A DNA stretch of 64,000 bases from positions 15,716 through 79,715 of the forward strand of contig NZ_JAKFED010000183.1 of the NCBI RefSeq assembly GCF_036675845.1. The letters run 5' to 3'. Shown here in pieces: positions 27,148 to 39,728 of the stretch. Every line of letters begins with the position of its first letter. Within the stretch, counting starts at the first letter, position 1. Made by a program: the position numbers and the translations under genes. This DNA comes from Bosea sp. (in: a-proteobacteria). Lineage in GTDB: Bacteria > Pseudomonadota > Alphaproteobacteria > Rhizobiales > Beijerinckiaceae. Below the pieces are notes generated by a model that saw only the letters and a program-made list of their open reading frames with translations, was not told where the DNA came from and searched no databases.

Positions 27148-27717
27148 GTGGTCAAGGTCATCGCCTCCTCAGTCCGCAAGGGCAACGTCCTCGAGCTCGA
27201 CGGGCATCTCTGCACGGTCATTTCGGCCGAGAGCTTCTTCCCGGGCAAGGGCACCCCGACCACCCAGATCGACATGCGCCGCATCGCCGACGGCGTGAAG
27301 ATGACGCAGCGCTACAAGACGACCGAGCAGGTCGAGCGCGCCTATGTCGAGGATCGCGACTTCACCTATCTCTACCAGGACGGCGAGCAATACGTCTTCA
27401 TGAACCCCGAGACCTATGACCAGATCCATGTCGACAGCGACGTGGTCGGCGATCTCGCGCCCTATCTCCAGGAAGGCATGAAGGTCTCGCTCTCGGTGTT
27501 CGAGGACAGGGCGGTGGCGATCGAACTGCCGCAGCGCGTGACGCTCGAGGTGGTCGAGACCGAGCCGGTGACCAAGGGCCAGACCGCCTCCTCCTCCTAC
27601 AAGCCGGCGATCCTCGCCAATGGCGTGCGCTCCGCCGTGCCGCCGCATATCGGCGTCGGCACCCGCATCGTGGTGATGACCGCCGACGGCTCCTATGTCG
27701 AGCGCGCGAAAGATTGA
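27148..27717 (+). CDS. efp: Elongation factor P
   Basis: PGKG loop with the modified Lys, TASSSYKPA and VPPHI..G; GTG start. Confidence 0.97.
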   Translation: MVKVIASSVRKGNVLELDGHLCTVISAESFFPGKGTPTTQIDMRRIADGVKMTQRYKTTEQVERAYVEDRDFTYLYQDGEQYVFMNPETYDQIHVDSDVVGDLAPYLQEGMKVSLSVFEDRAVAIELPQRVTLEVVETEPVTKGQTASSSYKPAILANGVRSAVPPHIGVGTRIVVMTADGSYVERAKD

Positions 27718-27805
27718 TCCGACCGGGCGACCTGCCCGCAGGTCGTGCGCTATAGATTGAGGTAGCGGGCCCTTCCGGGCCCGTTTCCATTTCTGGAGCC
27801 AGACC

Positions 27806-28324
27806 ATGCCGCTTTCCGCCCATGCCGCCGCCTTCGCCGGCTTCATCCAGACCCTGAATGCGCTCGACGCCATCCTCGACAAGGCGCTGGCCGAGGCGGA
27901 AACCCGCAAGATCCAGCCCGAGGTGCTGCTGGCGAGCCGGCTCGCGCCCGACATGCTGCCCTTCACCCGGCAGATCCAGCTGATGTCGGACTTCGCCAAG
28001 AACGCGGCGGCGCGCGTCGCCGGCGGCGAGAACCCGCGCTTCCCCGACGAGGAGAAGAGCTTTGCGGAGCTCAAGGCGCGCATCGCCAGGACGCTCGACT
28101 TCCTCGCCGCCGTCGACCAGAGCGCGCTCGATGCCGGGCTCGAGAAGGACGTCACCTTCCCGCGCGGCCAGTCGGCGACCGTGACCATGAAGGGCGCGGA
28201 CTACCTCACCCGCTTTGCCGTGCCGAACTTCTATTTCCACGCCACCACGGCCTACGCGATCCTGCGCGAGAACTGCTTCTCGATCGGCAAGCAGGATTTC
28301 CTGAAGGGCGTGTTCGACGCCTGA
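27806..28324 (+). CDS. DUF1993 family protein
   Basis: RLAPDMLPFTRQIQ and PNFYFHATTAYAILR..GKQDFL. Confidence 0.9.
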   Translation: MPLSAHAAAFAGFIQTLNALDAILDKALAEAETRKIQPEVLLASRLAPDMLPFTRQIQLMSDFAKNAAARVAGGENPRFPDEEKSFAELKARIARTLDFLAAVDQSALDAGLEKDVTFPRGQSATVTMKGADYLTRFAVPNFYFHATTAYAILRENCFSIGKQDFLKGVFDA

Positions 28325-28523
28325 GCCGCGAGGGCTTGCAATCCGCGATTGCATCCCCATCTAGGGTTCACGGCGATGTCGAGGGCGTTCCACTGTCCTC
28401 CAGCGCCGTTGAAGACGGCCATGAGCCGAACGTGTGACGCCGGATGTACGCGCGCCCGTTCCGGACATGGCCGTTGGCCATTTCAAAGACCCGTCGCGAC
28501 CCTTCGCGGCGGGTATTTTCATG

Positions 28524-29180
28524 TCAGCCCTGCAGGAACGGGTTGTTGCGGCGCTCCTCGCCGAGCGTGCTCGCCGGACCGTGCCCGGGGAGGAACTGCA
28601 CATCGTCGCCGAGCGGCAGCAGCTTGCCCTTGATGCCGGCGATCAGCGTCGCATGGCTGCCATAGGGAAAGTCCGTGCGGCCGATCGAGCCGGCGAAGAC
28701 CGTGTCGCCCGCGAGCAGGAGGCGCAGCTCCTTCTGGAAGAAGGTGACGTGGCCCGGCGTATGGCCCGGCACATGCTGCACGGAGAAGCTGACCTCGCCG
28801 ACCGAAACGCTGTCGCCTTCGCTGAGCCAGCGCGTCGGCACCACCGCCTTGATGCCGTGCATCTCAAAGCGCAAACCCTGCTCGGGAAGGGCGTCGAGCA
28901 GGAACTTGTCGGCCTCGTGCGGGCCTATGATCGGCAGCGCCAGCACCTCAGCAAGCTCGGCCGCGCCGCCGGCATGGTCGATATGGCCATGCGTCAGCCA
29001 GATCGCCACCGGCTTGACCCCCGTCTCCTTGAGCGCCTCCTGGATACGCACGGCATCGCCGCCCGGATCGACGATCGCCGCCTCCTTGGTCAGCGTGCAC
29101 CAGACGAGCGAGCAGTTCTGCTGGAACGGCGTCACCGGCACCACGGCGATGCTGAGCGGGGCCTGCGGTTGGTCGGTCAT
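28524..29180 (-). CDS. MBL-fold metallo-hydrolase (glyoxalase II/GloC-like)
   Basis: THGHIDH, PGHTPGH, GDTVFAGSIGRTD and PGHG. Confidence 0.93.
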   Translation of the reverse strand: MTDQPQAPLSIAVVPVTPFQQNCSLVWCTLTKEAAIVDPGGDAVRIQEALKETGVKPVAIWLTHGHIDHAGGAAELAEVLALPIIGPHEADKFLLDALPEQGLRFEMHGIKAVVPTRWLSEGDSVSVGEVSFSVQHVPGHTPGHVTFFQKELRLLLAGDTVFAGSIGRTDFPYGSHATLIAGIKGKLLPLGDDVQFLPGHGPASTLGEERRNNPFLQG

Positions 29181-29237
29181 GCGGGGGCCTTTCGCTGAAA
29201 TGCGCGGAGCTTTCTGATCTGTTTCGAACCGGCGCGG

Positions 29238-29344
29238 CTAGATCGCCGTGCGTCCATTCGGACGCAGACATGGCGGTCTAGCTCTTTGTTGTAGCATCGG
29301 ATTCAACCGAAAACCGGATTCCACTTTTCGGTCCGATGCTCTAG
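29238..29344. repeat. CTAG-bounded two-hairpin repeat (RIME-like), family A copy 2, inverted relative to copy 1
   Basis: CTAG at 29238, 29278 and 29341; the reverse complement aligns end to end with 6855-6960. Confidence 0.85.
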
Positions 29345-29669
29345 CGTTTGCCGCAGCGATTGGCGAGCAGCACGCGATATTCGGCGAGGGACTGGTCCAT
29401 CTGGCCGACATTCTGCTCGCGCTGGCGCCCGCTCTGACAGGTAGCGAAGACGGCGCGGGCCTTCTGCATGAATACGACATGCTCGCGCCAGGCCTGGCAT
29501 TGCGTGCCTTGGTCCGCATTGGCGACCTGCTGCATGCGGTACTGGCGCTGGCGCATTGCCGCCTCGTTCTGGAAGAGGTCGCGCGAGCAACTCGCCGGAG
29601 CCGAACGCGGTTGCGCCTGCACCAGCGTCGGCAGGAGCACGAGCGTCAGGGTGAGGATGGCACGGCCGA

Positions 29670-29673
<4 letters not shown>
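29341..29673 (-). CDS. Hypothetical secreted protein (4 Cys)
   Basis: 110 aa; signal peptide ending VQA; ATGA overlap with the fumarase stop. Confidence 0.7.
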
Positions 29674-31298
<1,625 letters not shown>

Positions 31299-31412
31299 CG
31301 GGCGGCACTCCGGCGATTCGGCGGCGCCCTGCGCGAAAGAGCGCGGCGCCTTGGCGTTGCGCCGCGTCATAGCCCCTCGGCCCGAGGCCTCCAAGCCCAG
31401 ACTGAAAGCTTT

Positions 31413-31476
31413 CCAGTCAGGCGGCCTTGCCAAGCCGCCTTGCCAGTCAGGCGGCCTTGCCGGTCAGGCAGCCTTG
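31413..31476. repeat. Three 17-bp direct repeats of the ptsN 3' end
   Basis: ccagtcaggcggccttg at 31413-31429 and 31443-31459; ccggtcaggcagccttg at 31460-31476 contains the ptsN stop. Confidence 0.85.
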
Positions 31477-31925
31477 GCCGCCGTTTCGGCCAGGATGGCA
31501 TAGATCGCCGCCGGATCATGCGCATGGCGCACCTGCTCCAGCACCGCCTGGTTGCGCAGCACGCGGGCGACGCGGGCGAGCGCCTTGAGATGGTCGGCGC
31601 CTGCCCCTTCGGGCGCGATCAGCACGAAGATGATGTCCACCGGCTGCCCGTCCAGCGCCTCGAAATCGAGCGCCTTCTCGGTCCGCGCGAACAGGCCGAC
31701 GAGCTTGTCGATGCCAGCCATGCGGCCATGGGGGATGGCGATGCCGTCCCCGATGCCGGTCGAGCCGAGGCGCTCGCGCTGCAGCAGCGCCTCGAACAAT
31801 TCACGCTCGGGCAGGCCGGTGAGCAGAGCCGCGTGCTGTGCCAGTTCCTGAAGCGCCTGCTTCTTGCTGTTGGCGCGTAGCGGCGAAATCACCGCATCGG
31901 GCCGGAGAAGATCGGTCAGCGTCAT
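31464..31925 (-). CDS. ptsN: PTS IIA-like nitrogen regulatory protein
   Basis: RERLGSTGIGDGIAIPHG and DFEALDGQPVD..HLKALARVAR. Confidence 0.96.
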   Translation of the reverse strand: MTLTDLLRPDAVISPLRANSKKQALQELAQHAALLTGLPERELFEALLQRERLGSTGIGDGIAIPHGRMAGIDKLVGLFARTEKALDFEALDGQPVDIIFVLIAPEGAGADHLKALARVARVLRNQAVLEQVRHAHDPAAIYAILAETAAKAA

Positions 31926-32011
31926 AGGCCAATCCATGCATGTCCCGTGCCTGGAATCCGGACCGAGCCGGCAAGTCCGACAGGGCGCCCAGATTCGTCA
32001 GCGGCGGAACT

Positions 32012-32599
32012 TCAAGAAAGAGAAGCCGGCGGATCGATCCAGCCGATATTGCCGTCGCGGCGGCGGTATACGACGTTCATGCGGCCATTGCCAGCGTGGT
32101 GGAAGATGACGACAGGCGCGCCGGTCATATCGAGTTCGGCAACCGCGTCGCCAACCGTCATCCGGTGCAGGGATTTGGTCGATTCGGCCACGATGACCGG
32201 GTTTTCGCCGGGCTGATCGGCGTCATGCTCCTCGATCTCGTGGTCGGGAGCCGCAATCACATAGCTGGGGATTTCGAGTCCCGCCTCGCGTCCGTTCATC
32301 GCGGCGGAGCGATCCTTCAACCGGCGCTTGTAGCGGCGCAGCCGCTTCTCGATACGCTCGGCCATCTTGTCGAGGCTGGCATAGGGATCATGCGCGACCG
32401 CCGAGGCTTCGAGCGTGATGCCGGAGGACAGGTGCAGGACACCGTCGGTCTTGAAGGCGGTACCGTCCTTGCCGACGGTGACATGGCCCTGATAGCCGCC
32501 CTCGTAATACTTGCCCAGGGCCGCCGCGACACGCGCTTCGGCCTGGCCGCGCAGGGCCTCGCCGACATCGAGATTCTTGCCGGAGATTCGCAAGCTCAT
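32012..32599 (-). CDS. hpf: Ribosome hibernation promoting factor (long HPF)
   Basis: MSLRISGKNLDVGEALR, IEKRLRRYKRRLK and C-terminal VYRRRDGNIGWIDP; downstream of rpoN. Confidence 0.95.
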   Translation of the reverse strand: MSLRISGKNLDVGEALRGQAEARVAAALGKYYEGGYQGHVTVGKDGTAFKTDGVLHLSSGITLEASAVAHDPYASLDKMAERIEKRLRRYKRRLKDRSAAMNGREAGLEIPSYVIAAPDHEIEEHDADQPGENPVIVAESTKSLHRMTVGDAVAELDMTGAPVVIFHHAGNGRMNVVYRRRDGNIGWIDPPASLS

Positions 32600-32819
32600 G
32601 GAGTGCTTCCCCTTCTTGTCGCCATGGCCAGTAGCCGACCATCTACTGGAGGTAAGGACGGGGTCACCGGCTTGTCAATGAGCCCGGAAGCCGCTGCTCC
32701 GAAGGAGTTGCCCCGAACGGGGCGCATGCCGCAAGGGCAACCGAATCGGCCGGGCAGTTTCCGGCGACGCTTGCGCCGGCCTTGCCCGCAGGGGAGCGCT
32801 CCAGGCGGCGCGGGCGGGC

Positions 32820-34352
32820 TCAGCGCCCGCCATTGGCCATGGCGAGCTTCTCGCGCCGACGCTCCATCGAGGACGGAATGCGCAGCGATTCCCGGTATTT
32901 CGCCACGGTCCGCCGGGCAATGTCGATGCCGCTCGCCTTCAGCCTGGTGACGATCGCATCATCCGACAGCACCTCGGCCGGCGTCTCATCGTCGATCATC
33001 TGCTTGATCTTGTAGCGCACCGCCTCGGCGGAATGGGCCTCGCCATAGCCGGTCGCCGCGATGGCGGCGGAGAAGAAGTACTTCATCTCGAAGACGCCGC
33101 GCGGGCAGGTCAGGTATTTGTTGGAGGTCACGCGCGAAACCGTCGATTCGTGCATGCCGATCGCATCGGCGACGGTCTTCAGGTTCAGGGGCCGCAAATG
33201 CTCGACGCCATGGGCGAAGAAGCCGTCCTGCTGGCGCACGATCTCGCTCGCGACCTTGAGGATGGTGCGGGCGCGCTGCTCGAGGGAACGGGTCAGCCAG
33301 TTCGCCGTCTGCAGGCATTCGGCGATGAAGGCCTTCTCCTCGTCATTGCGCGCCGCCCGCGAGACGCGGGCGTGATAGGTCTGGTTGACCAGCACGCGCG
33401 GCAAGGTGTCGGGGTTGAGGTCGACCAGCCAGGAGCCGTCCGGCGCGGCGCGGATGAAGACATCGGGCACCACCGTCTCGGCCGCCGAGCCGCCGAAGGC
33501 GCGGCCGGGCTTGGGGTCGAGGCGCCGGATCTCGGCGACCATGTCGGCGATATCCTCGTCATCGACCCCGCAGATGCGCTTCAGCGCGGCGTAGTCGCGC
33601 TTGGCGAGCAGCGGCAGATTGGCGAGCAGGGCCAGCATGGCCGGGTCGCAGCGGTCGCGGTCGCGGAGCTGGATGGCGAGGCACTCGCCGACATCGCGCG
33701 CCGCGACGCCACTGGGATCGAAGCTCTGGACGATGCGCAGGACCGCTTCGACCCTGGCCTCGTCGACGCCGAGCCGCGCGGCGATGTCGGCGAGCGGCTC
33801 GGCGAGGTAGCCGGCATCGTCGACGCCGTCGATGATGTGCCGCCCGATCAGCCGCTCGGCGGGCGAGGCGACGGCGAGGTCGAGCTGGGCGGAAAGATGC
33901 TCGTGCAGCGAGGCCTCGACGGTCAGGCTGCTCTCGAAGCCCTCGGGCCCTTCCTCGAAGGAGCCGCCGGCGCCGCCATAGGCCCCGCCGGTGATCGGCA
34001 GGCTATCGGCGCCCTGCGTGTCGAGCCTGGCGACCTGCGGCTGCTCGTTCTGGAAGACGTTCTCCAGCCCGGTCCCGAGCCGGCCTTCCATGCCCTCCTG
34101 GGTATTCAGGCGCTCGGCGCGCTCATAGCTCGCCTGATCGGCCGCCATCGCCGCCTCGCCGCCGCCATTGGGCAGCGCCGGCTCGCCGGCGTCGTCGGTG
34201 CGTTCCAGCAGCGGGTTGCGCTCGAGCTCGCCCTCGACGAAATCCTGCAGTTCGAGATGGGAGAGCTGGAGGAGCTTGATCGCCTGCAGAAGTTGCGGCG
34301 TCATCACCAGGGACTGCCCCTGGCGCAGCTCCATGCGCGGCATCATCGCCAT
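32820..34352 (-). CDS. rpoN: RNA polymerase sigma-54 factor
   Basis: QSLVMTPQLLQAIKLLQLS, HESTVSRVT and RpoN box ARRTVAKYRE. Confidence 0.98.
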   Translation of the reverse strand: MAMMPRMELRQGQSLVMTPQLLQAIKLLQLSHLELQDFVEGELERNPLLERTDDAGEPALPNGGGEAAMAADQASYERAERLNTQEGMEGRLGTGLENVFQNEQPQVARLDTQGADSLPITGGAYGGAGGSFEEGPEGFESSLTVEASLHEHLSAQLDLAVASPAERLIGRHIIDGVDDAGYLAEPLADIAARLGVDEARVEAVLRIVQSFDPSGVAARDVGECLAIQLRDRDRCDPAMLALLANLPLLAKRDYAALKRICGVDDEDIADMVAEIRRLDPKPGRAFGGSAAETVVPDVFIRAAPDGSWLVDLNPDTLPRVLVNQTYHARVSRAARNDEEKAFIAECLQTANWLTRSLEQRARTILKVASEIVRQQDGFFAHGVEHLRPLNLKTVADAIGMHESTVSRVTSNKYLTCPRGVFEMKYFFSAAIAATGYGEAHSAEAVRYKIKQMIDDETPAEVLSDDAIVTRLKASGIDIARRTVAKYRESLRIPSSMERRREKLAMANGGR

Positions 34353-34512
34353 CGCGATCCGGCTCCTTTCCTCCGCGCCACCTCGGCACGCTTCTTGCCT
34401 GTGGGCGGAGCCTAGCCTTGGGCCGCGGTCGCGTCAAAGCTCTTTGCGGGCGCGCGAGGGAAGAAATTGACGCACCGCAATATCGGCCGCCGCAACCGGC
34501 CGCCGCGCCGGG

Positions 34513-35493
<981 letters not shown>

Positions 35494-35535
35494 CCTGGCA
35501 ACGCCTTCGTCATCCAGAGCCGCTGCGGGATGAAG

Positions 35536-36264
35536 TCAGTTCGTCGGCGCGGCGGGCTTGGGCGCGGCACCCGGCTTCTCCTTGCCGGCCTCGGCCGTGT
35601 CCGGCACGAAGAAGCCCTGCACGCGGCCACCGGGCTTGGTGTCGATATTGGCGATGCCGGTCTGCGTGTCATAGACGAGGCGCTCGCCCCGCGTGATGTT
35701 GGGGCCGTCGTTCAGCGCGACATTGCCGGTCATGATCACCTTGTTGTTGGCGCGGTCGAAGACGGCGTTGTCGGAGGTCGCGGCCTGCGTCTTCGAGACG
35801 ACGGTCACCGGCCCGGCGCATTCGATGCGCTTGATCGCGCCATCGCTCGATTGCGCCGGAGCAGGCGCGCCGGGCGCAGCCGCCGTAGCGGCGGCAGGGC
35901 GCCTGGCAGCCCCGGCCGCGCCGTTCTGGCCGCGCCCTTCATAGAAGACGGTCATGGTCGAGCAGCGCACGGTCGTCTCGCCCTGCACGGCGACGACGTT
36001 GCCGGAGAAGATCGCCTTGTTGTCCTTGTCGAGCACGTCGAGCTTGTCGGCGTCGATCTTGATCGGCTCCTTGCTGTCGCCGCCCATGCCGCCGAAGGGC
36101 GAGCCGGGAGCGCCGCCACGCGCCTTCGCGGGCGCAGCGGCCGGCTTGGCCGGCTGGGCGGGCGCCGCACCGGACCTCGCCGGCGGCTGCTGGGCGAGCA
36201 CCACCGCCGCAGGCAGGCAGAAGATTGCGGACACGATTGCGAAGAGGAGGGTTGTGGGTTTCAT
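35536..36264 (-). CDS. lptA: LPS transport periplasmic protein LptA
   Basis: Signal peptide, PIKIDADKLDV..AIFSGNVVAVQG (OstA-like), located between lptC and lptB. Confidence 0.9.
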   Translation of the reverse strand: MKPTTLLFAIVSAIFCLPAAVVLAQQPPARSGAAPAQPAKPAAAPAKARGGAPGSPFGGMGGDSKEPIKIDADKLDVLDKDNKAIFSGNVVAVQGETTVRCSTMTVFYEGRGQNGAAGAARRPAAATAAAPGAPAPAQSSDGAIKRIECAGPVTVVSKTQAATSDNAVFDRANNKVIMTGNVALNDGPNITRGERLVYDTQTGIANIDTKPGGRVQGFFVPDTAEAGKEKPGAAPKPAAPTN

Positions 36265-36311
36265 CGCCGACCTGTCGTTCGCTTGAGCTTCACTGTTTCG
36301 AGCCGGTTTCG

Positions 36312-37073
36312 TCAGCGCTGCGGGGCCGGGGTGCCAGCCGTCGCGGCGGGCCGCAGCAGATCGGGATTGGGCGTACTGCCCTGGCGCTCAGGCCCCGCCA
36401 GGCTGTTGGCCGGCGCATTCTCGATGACCACACGCACCCGGCCTTCGAACACGATCAGGGCCCCGTTGTCCTTAACATCGAGTGTATCGGCGTTGACCGT
36501 GGTGGTGCCGAGATTGACCGTGACCGGCTCGCGCGACACGACCGTGCCAGCCTTGAAATCGACATCCGCCGTCCGCATCCGCGCATCATAGCCCGATTCC
36601 GTACGGATCTTGACATCGTCGACCAGCTTCAGCCGCTCCTTCTGCTGGTCGAAGAGACCGCTGCGGGCATTGACCGTGACCCAGCCCTCCTCGGAGTTCA
36701 TCTGGATCCGCGCGGTCATCTTCACCAGCTCGATCTGCGTCGGGTTGCGGATGTCCTGCAGCGCGGAATCGGCCGTGACCTCGTAGGGGCTGTTGTCCTT
36801 GCGGTAGCCGGCGAGCTTCGGTGCTTCCATCACGACCTTGCCGCCGGACAGGCCGACCGAACCGAGCGAGAAATTGCCGACATCGCGCAGCGGATTGAGG
36901 AAGGGCGCGACGACGAGCACCAGCACCGCCGTCACGGCGCCGACCGGGATGGCACGCCGGAGCAGCCGCACCAGGCCGGAATGGCGGCGCGCCGCGTTGA
37001 ACGCGGACTGCCGCAGCCGCACCTGCTTTTCTGCCGCGCCCGCCATGTCAGGAGATGTCATCGCCAAGGTCAT
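36312..37073 (-). CDS. lptC: LPS export protein LptC
   Basis: RHSGLVRLLRRAIP plus one TM segment, MEAPKLAG..PYEVTA..ALQD; start uncertain. Confidence 0.85.
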   Translation of the reverse strand: MTLAMTSPDMAGAAEKQVRLRQSAFNAARRHSGLVRLLRRAIPVGAVTAVLVLVVAPFLNPLRDVGNFSLGSVGLSGGKVVMEAPKLAGYRKDNSPYEVTADSALQDIRNPTQIELVKMTARIQMNSEEGWVTVNARSGLFDQQKERLKLVDDVKIRTESGYDARMRTADVDFKAGTVVSREPVTVNLGTTTVNADTLDVKDNGALIVFEGRVRVVIENAPANSLAGPERQGSTPNPDLLRPAATAGTPAPQR

Positions 37074-37189
37074 GCCCCGCCCATTGCCAGCCGCCGGCGG
37101 CTTTTTGATGTCGGCGGAAGCGCTGCGGCAAGACCGCGCGACCGCCATGTCGACCGCTCGACGAATGACCTAGCTGGAATACATCAACT

Positions 37190-37804
37190 TTACGTATGTG
37201 CGAAGATGTCCGTCTCCGGCCAGCCGGCGAGATCGAGTTCCGCCCGGATCGGCAGGAAGTCGAAGCAGGCGCCGGCCAGATGAGTCCGCTCCTCGCGAGC
37301 GAGCATCATGTCGAGCCGCGCCTTCAATGCATGGAGATGCAGCACGTCGGCGGCAGCATAGCTGAGCTGGGATTCGGAAAGCGCGTCGGCGCCCCAGTCC
37401 GAGGATTGCTGCTGCTTCGACAAGTCGATGCCGAGCAGCTCCCGGACCAGGTCCTTGAGCCCGTGCCGGTCGGTATAGGTCCGCACCAGCCTGGAGGCGA
37501 TCTTGGTGCAGTAGACCGGCGCCGTGACGACGCCGAACGCCTTCTGCAGGGCGGCGATGTCGAAGCGGGCGAAATGGAACAGCTTCAGCACCGCCGGATC
37601 GGCCAGGATGCGACAGAGATTGGCCGGGGCCGGCGCGTCCTTCGGGATCTGGACGACATCGGCCGAACCGTCGCCGCGCGAGAGCTGCACCACGCAGAGC
37701 CGGTCGCGCTGCGGGTTGAGGCCGAGCGTCTCGGTGTCGATCGCCAGGACCGGCCCGGGCTGGAAGTCGGCCGGCAGATCGCCGCGATGCAAACGGATGG
37801 TCAT
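37190..37804 (-). CDS. rnd: Ribonuclease D-like 3'-5' exonuclease (short alphaproteobacterial type)
   Basis: AIDTETLGL..RDRLCVVQLS, FHFARFD, CTKIAS, SKQQQSSDWG and YAAADV. Confidence 0.9.
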   Translation of the reverse strand: MTIRLHRGDLPADFQPGPVLAIDTETLGLNPQRDRLCVVQLSRGDGSADVVQIPKDAPAPANLCRILADPAVLKLFHFARFDIAALQKAFGVVTAPVYCTKIASRLVRTYTDRHGLKDLVRELLGIDLSKQQQSSDWGADALSESQLSYAAADVLHLHALKARLDMMLAREERTHLAGACFDFLPIRAELDLAGWPETDIFAHT

Positions 37805-38033
37805 GCTGGAAACCTCACTCGAGCGGCGCAGCGCGCCGCTCAGATACCTGCGTCCGCCGGACTACCGGATGGCCTCCTAAAACCGACGAACCTGCCGCAG
37901 CTAGCGGTGCGTTCCGCCGCGTTCAAGCATTTTCTGTAGCGATACAACCGGTTCGGGGCCATTAACCTTTTATTCACCATGTCCTTCATCCGGGCGCCGA
38001 GGCATGCGACGATGCCGGATCGGAGCCCGACGC

Positions 38034-38462
38034 ATGTCCCCAATCCGCCTGTTCACCGATTTCGACGGCCGCATCGGCCTGCGCCAGTTCTGGTTCGGCA
38101 GCGTCGTGATCGCGCTCTGCCTGCTGGCGATCCAGTGGCTTTCGCCACGCCTTACGGACAGCCACACGGGTGCCGTCATCGTCGCCTTCGCCAACGCCTT
38201 CGCCCTGTTTCCCTGGGCGGCGCTGGCGGCAAAGCGCGCCACCGACCGGGGCAGTTCGTCGCTCTTCGGCATCCTGCTGGTCTGCGCCATCGTCCTGCCG
38301 ACGCAGTTGCGCCCCTTCCTCGGCTACGGATGGCGGCCGTCGCTGGAGGCGATCTCGACGATGGCGTGGCTGGTCGCGCTGGTCGATCTCGGCATGATGC
38401 CGGCGGCCGAACCCGATGCAGCGCTTGCAGAGCACAAGGCGGCTGATAAACCGGCGCAATGA
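38034..38462 (+). CDS. DUF805 family membrane protein
   Basis: FDGRIGLRQFW and AKRATDRG motifs; GA overlap with the dapE start. Confidence 0.8.
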   Translation: MSPIRLFTDFDGRIGLRQFWFGSVVIALCLLAIQWLSPRLTDSHTGAVIVAFANAFALFPWAALAAKRATDRGSSSLFGILLVCAIVLPTQLRPFLGYGWRPSLEAISTMAWLVALVDLGMMPAAEPDAALAEHKAADKPAQ

Positions 38463-39661
38463 GCCAGAACACGCCAGCCGCCCTCGCCTTCGACCCCGCC
38501 GATCCCGTCGCCCTGACCCAGGCCCTGGTGCGCTGCCCCTCGGTGACGCCGGCCGAGGCCGGGACGCTCGCCCTGCTCGATGCGGCGCTGAGCGCCGCGG
38601 GCTTTTCCGTCGAGCGCCCGGTGTTCTCCGAGCCGGGCATGCCGGAAATCGAGAACCTCTACGCCCGCATCGGCAGCGACGGCCCCGTTCTTGTGATCGC
38701 CGGGCACATCGACGTCGTGCCGCCGGGCGACCTCGCCGCCTGGACGCATGATCCTTTCGCAGGCGAGATCGTCGACGGCGTGCTCCATGGCCGCGGCGCC
38801 TGCGACATGAAGGGCGGGCTCGCCGCGATGATCGCCGCCGTGCTGCGCTTCCGGCGCGAGAACCCGCAGGCGCCGGGCTCGATCGCCTTCCTGATCACCG
38901 GCGACGAGGAAGGCCCCGCCGTCAACGGCACGGTCAAGCTGCTGGAATGGGCTCGGGCGCGCGGCGAGCGCTTCGACCATTGCCTGCTCGGCGAGCCGAC
39001 CAATCCGGCAACGATGAGCGACATGATCAAGATCGGCCGGCGCGGCTCGCTCACCGGCAAGCTGACGGTCACCGGCATCCAGGGCCATGTCGGCTATCCG
39101 CATCTGGCGCAGAATCCGATCCGCGGCATGGTCCGGCTGCTGGCCGGGCTCGAGACCGCACCGCTCGACGCCGGCACCGAGCATTTCGACCCGAGCAATC
39201 TCGAGGTGACGACGCTCGATGTCGGCAATCCGGCGACGAACGTCATCCCGGCGCAGGCCAGAGCGGTGTTCAACATCCGCTTCAACGACCTCTGGACACC
39301 GGAGACGCTGGCCGCCGAGATCGAACGGCGCCTGCGCGAGGCGGCCGGCAATGCCGTGCGCTACGAGATCGCCTTCAACCCGACCAATGCGGTCGCCTTC
39401 CTGACGCAGCCCGGCCCCTTCGTCGCGATGGTCGCCGACGCCGTCGAAGCCGAGACCGGCAAGCGCCCGGCGCTCTCGACCACCGGCGGCACCTCCGATG
39501 CGCGCTTCATCAAGAACCATTGCCCGGTCGTCGAATACGGCGTCGTCGGCCAGACCATGCACCAGGTCGACGAGCGCGTCGCCGTCGCCGATCTCATCGC
39601 GCTGGAGCGGATCACCCACCGGCTCCTGACCACCTATTTTGCCGCAACCCAGCCGGCTTGA
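38459..39661 (+). CDS. dapE: Succinyl-diaminopimelate desuccinylase
   Basis: AGHIDVVPPG, GRGACDMKG, TGDEEG, GEPT, GRRGS and STTGGTSDARFI. Confidence 0.96.
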   Translation: MSQNTPAALAFDPADPVALTQALVRCPSVTPAEAGTLALLDAALSAAGFSVERPVFSEPGMPEIENLYARIGSDGPVLVIAGHIDVVPPGDLAAWTHDPFAGEIVDGVLHGRGACDMKGGLAAMIAAVLRFRRENPQAPGSIAFLITGDEEGPAVNGTVKLLEWARARGERFDHCLLGEPTNPATMSDMIKIGRRGSLTGKLTVTGIQGHVGYPHLAQNPIRGMVRLLAGLETAPLDAGTEHFDPSNLEVTTLDVGNPATNVIPAQARAVFNIRFNDLWTPETLAAEIERRLREAAGNAVRYEIAFNPTNAVAFLTQPGPFVAMVADAVEAETGKRPALSTTGGTSDARFIKNHCPVVEYGVVGQTMHQVDERVAVADLIALERITHRLLTTYFAATQPA

Positions 39662-39728
39662 CGGAACCTTTCCCGCTCTCCATGCTTTAGACGAAAGTCT
39701 AATGCCATTGAGACCGGAGGGTCTGGCC

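Noticed and set aside
24904-27717. epmB-epmA-efp cluster as a novel modification system
   Set aside because: This is the known EF-P beta-lysylation pathway, and the PGKG lysine is present.
37962-37976. TTAA-N7-TTCA CtrA-like site between rnd and the DUF805 gene
   Set aside because: It is a mismatched site with no supporting context; the evidence is too weak.
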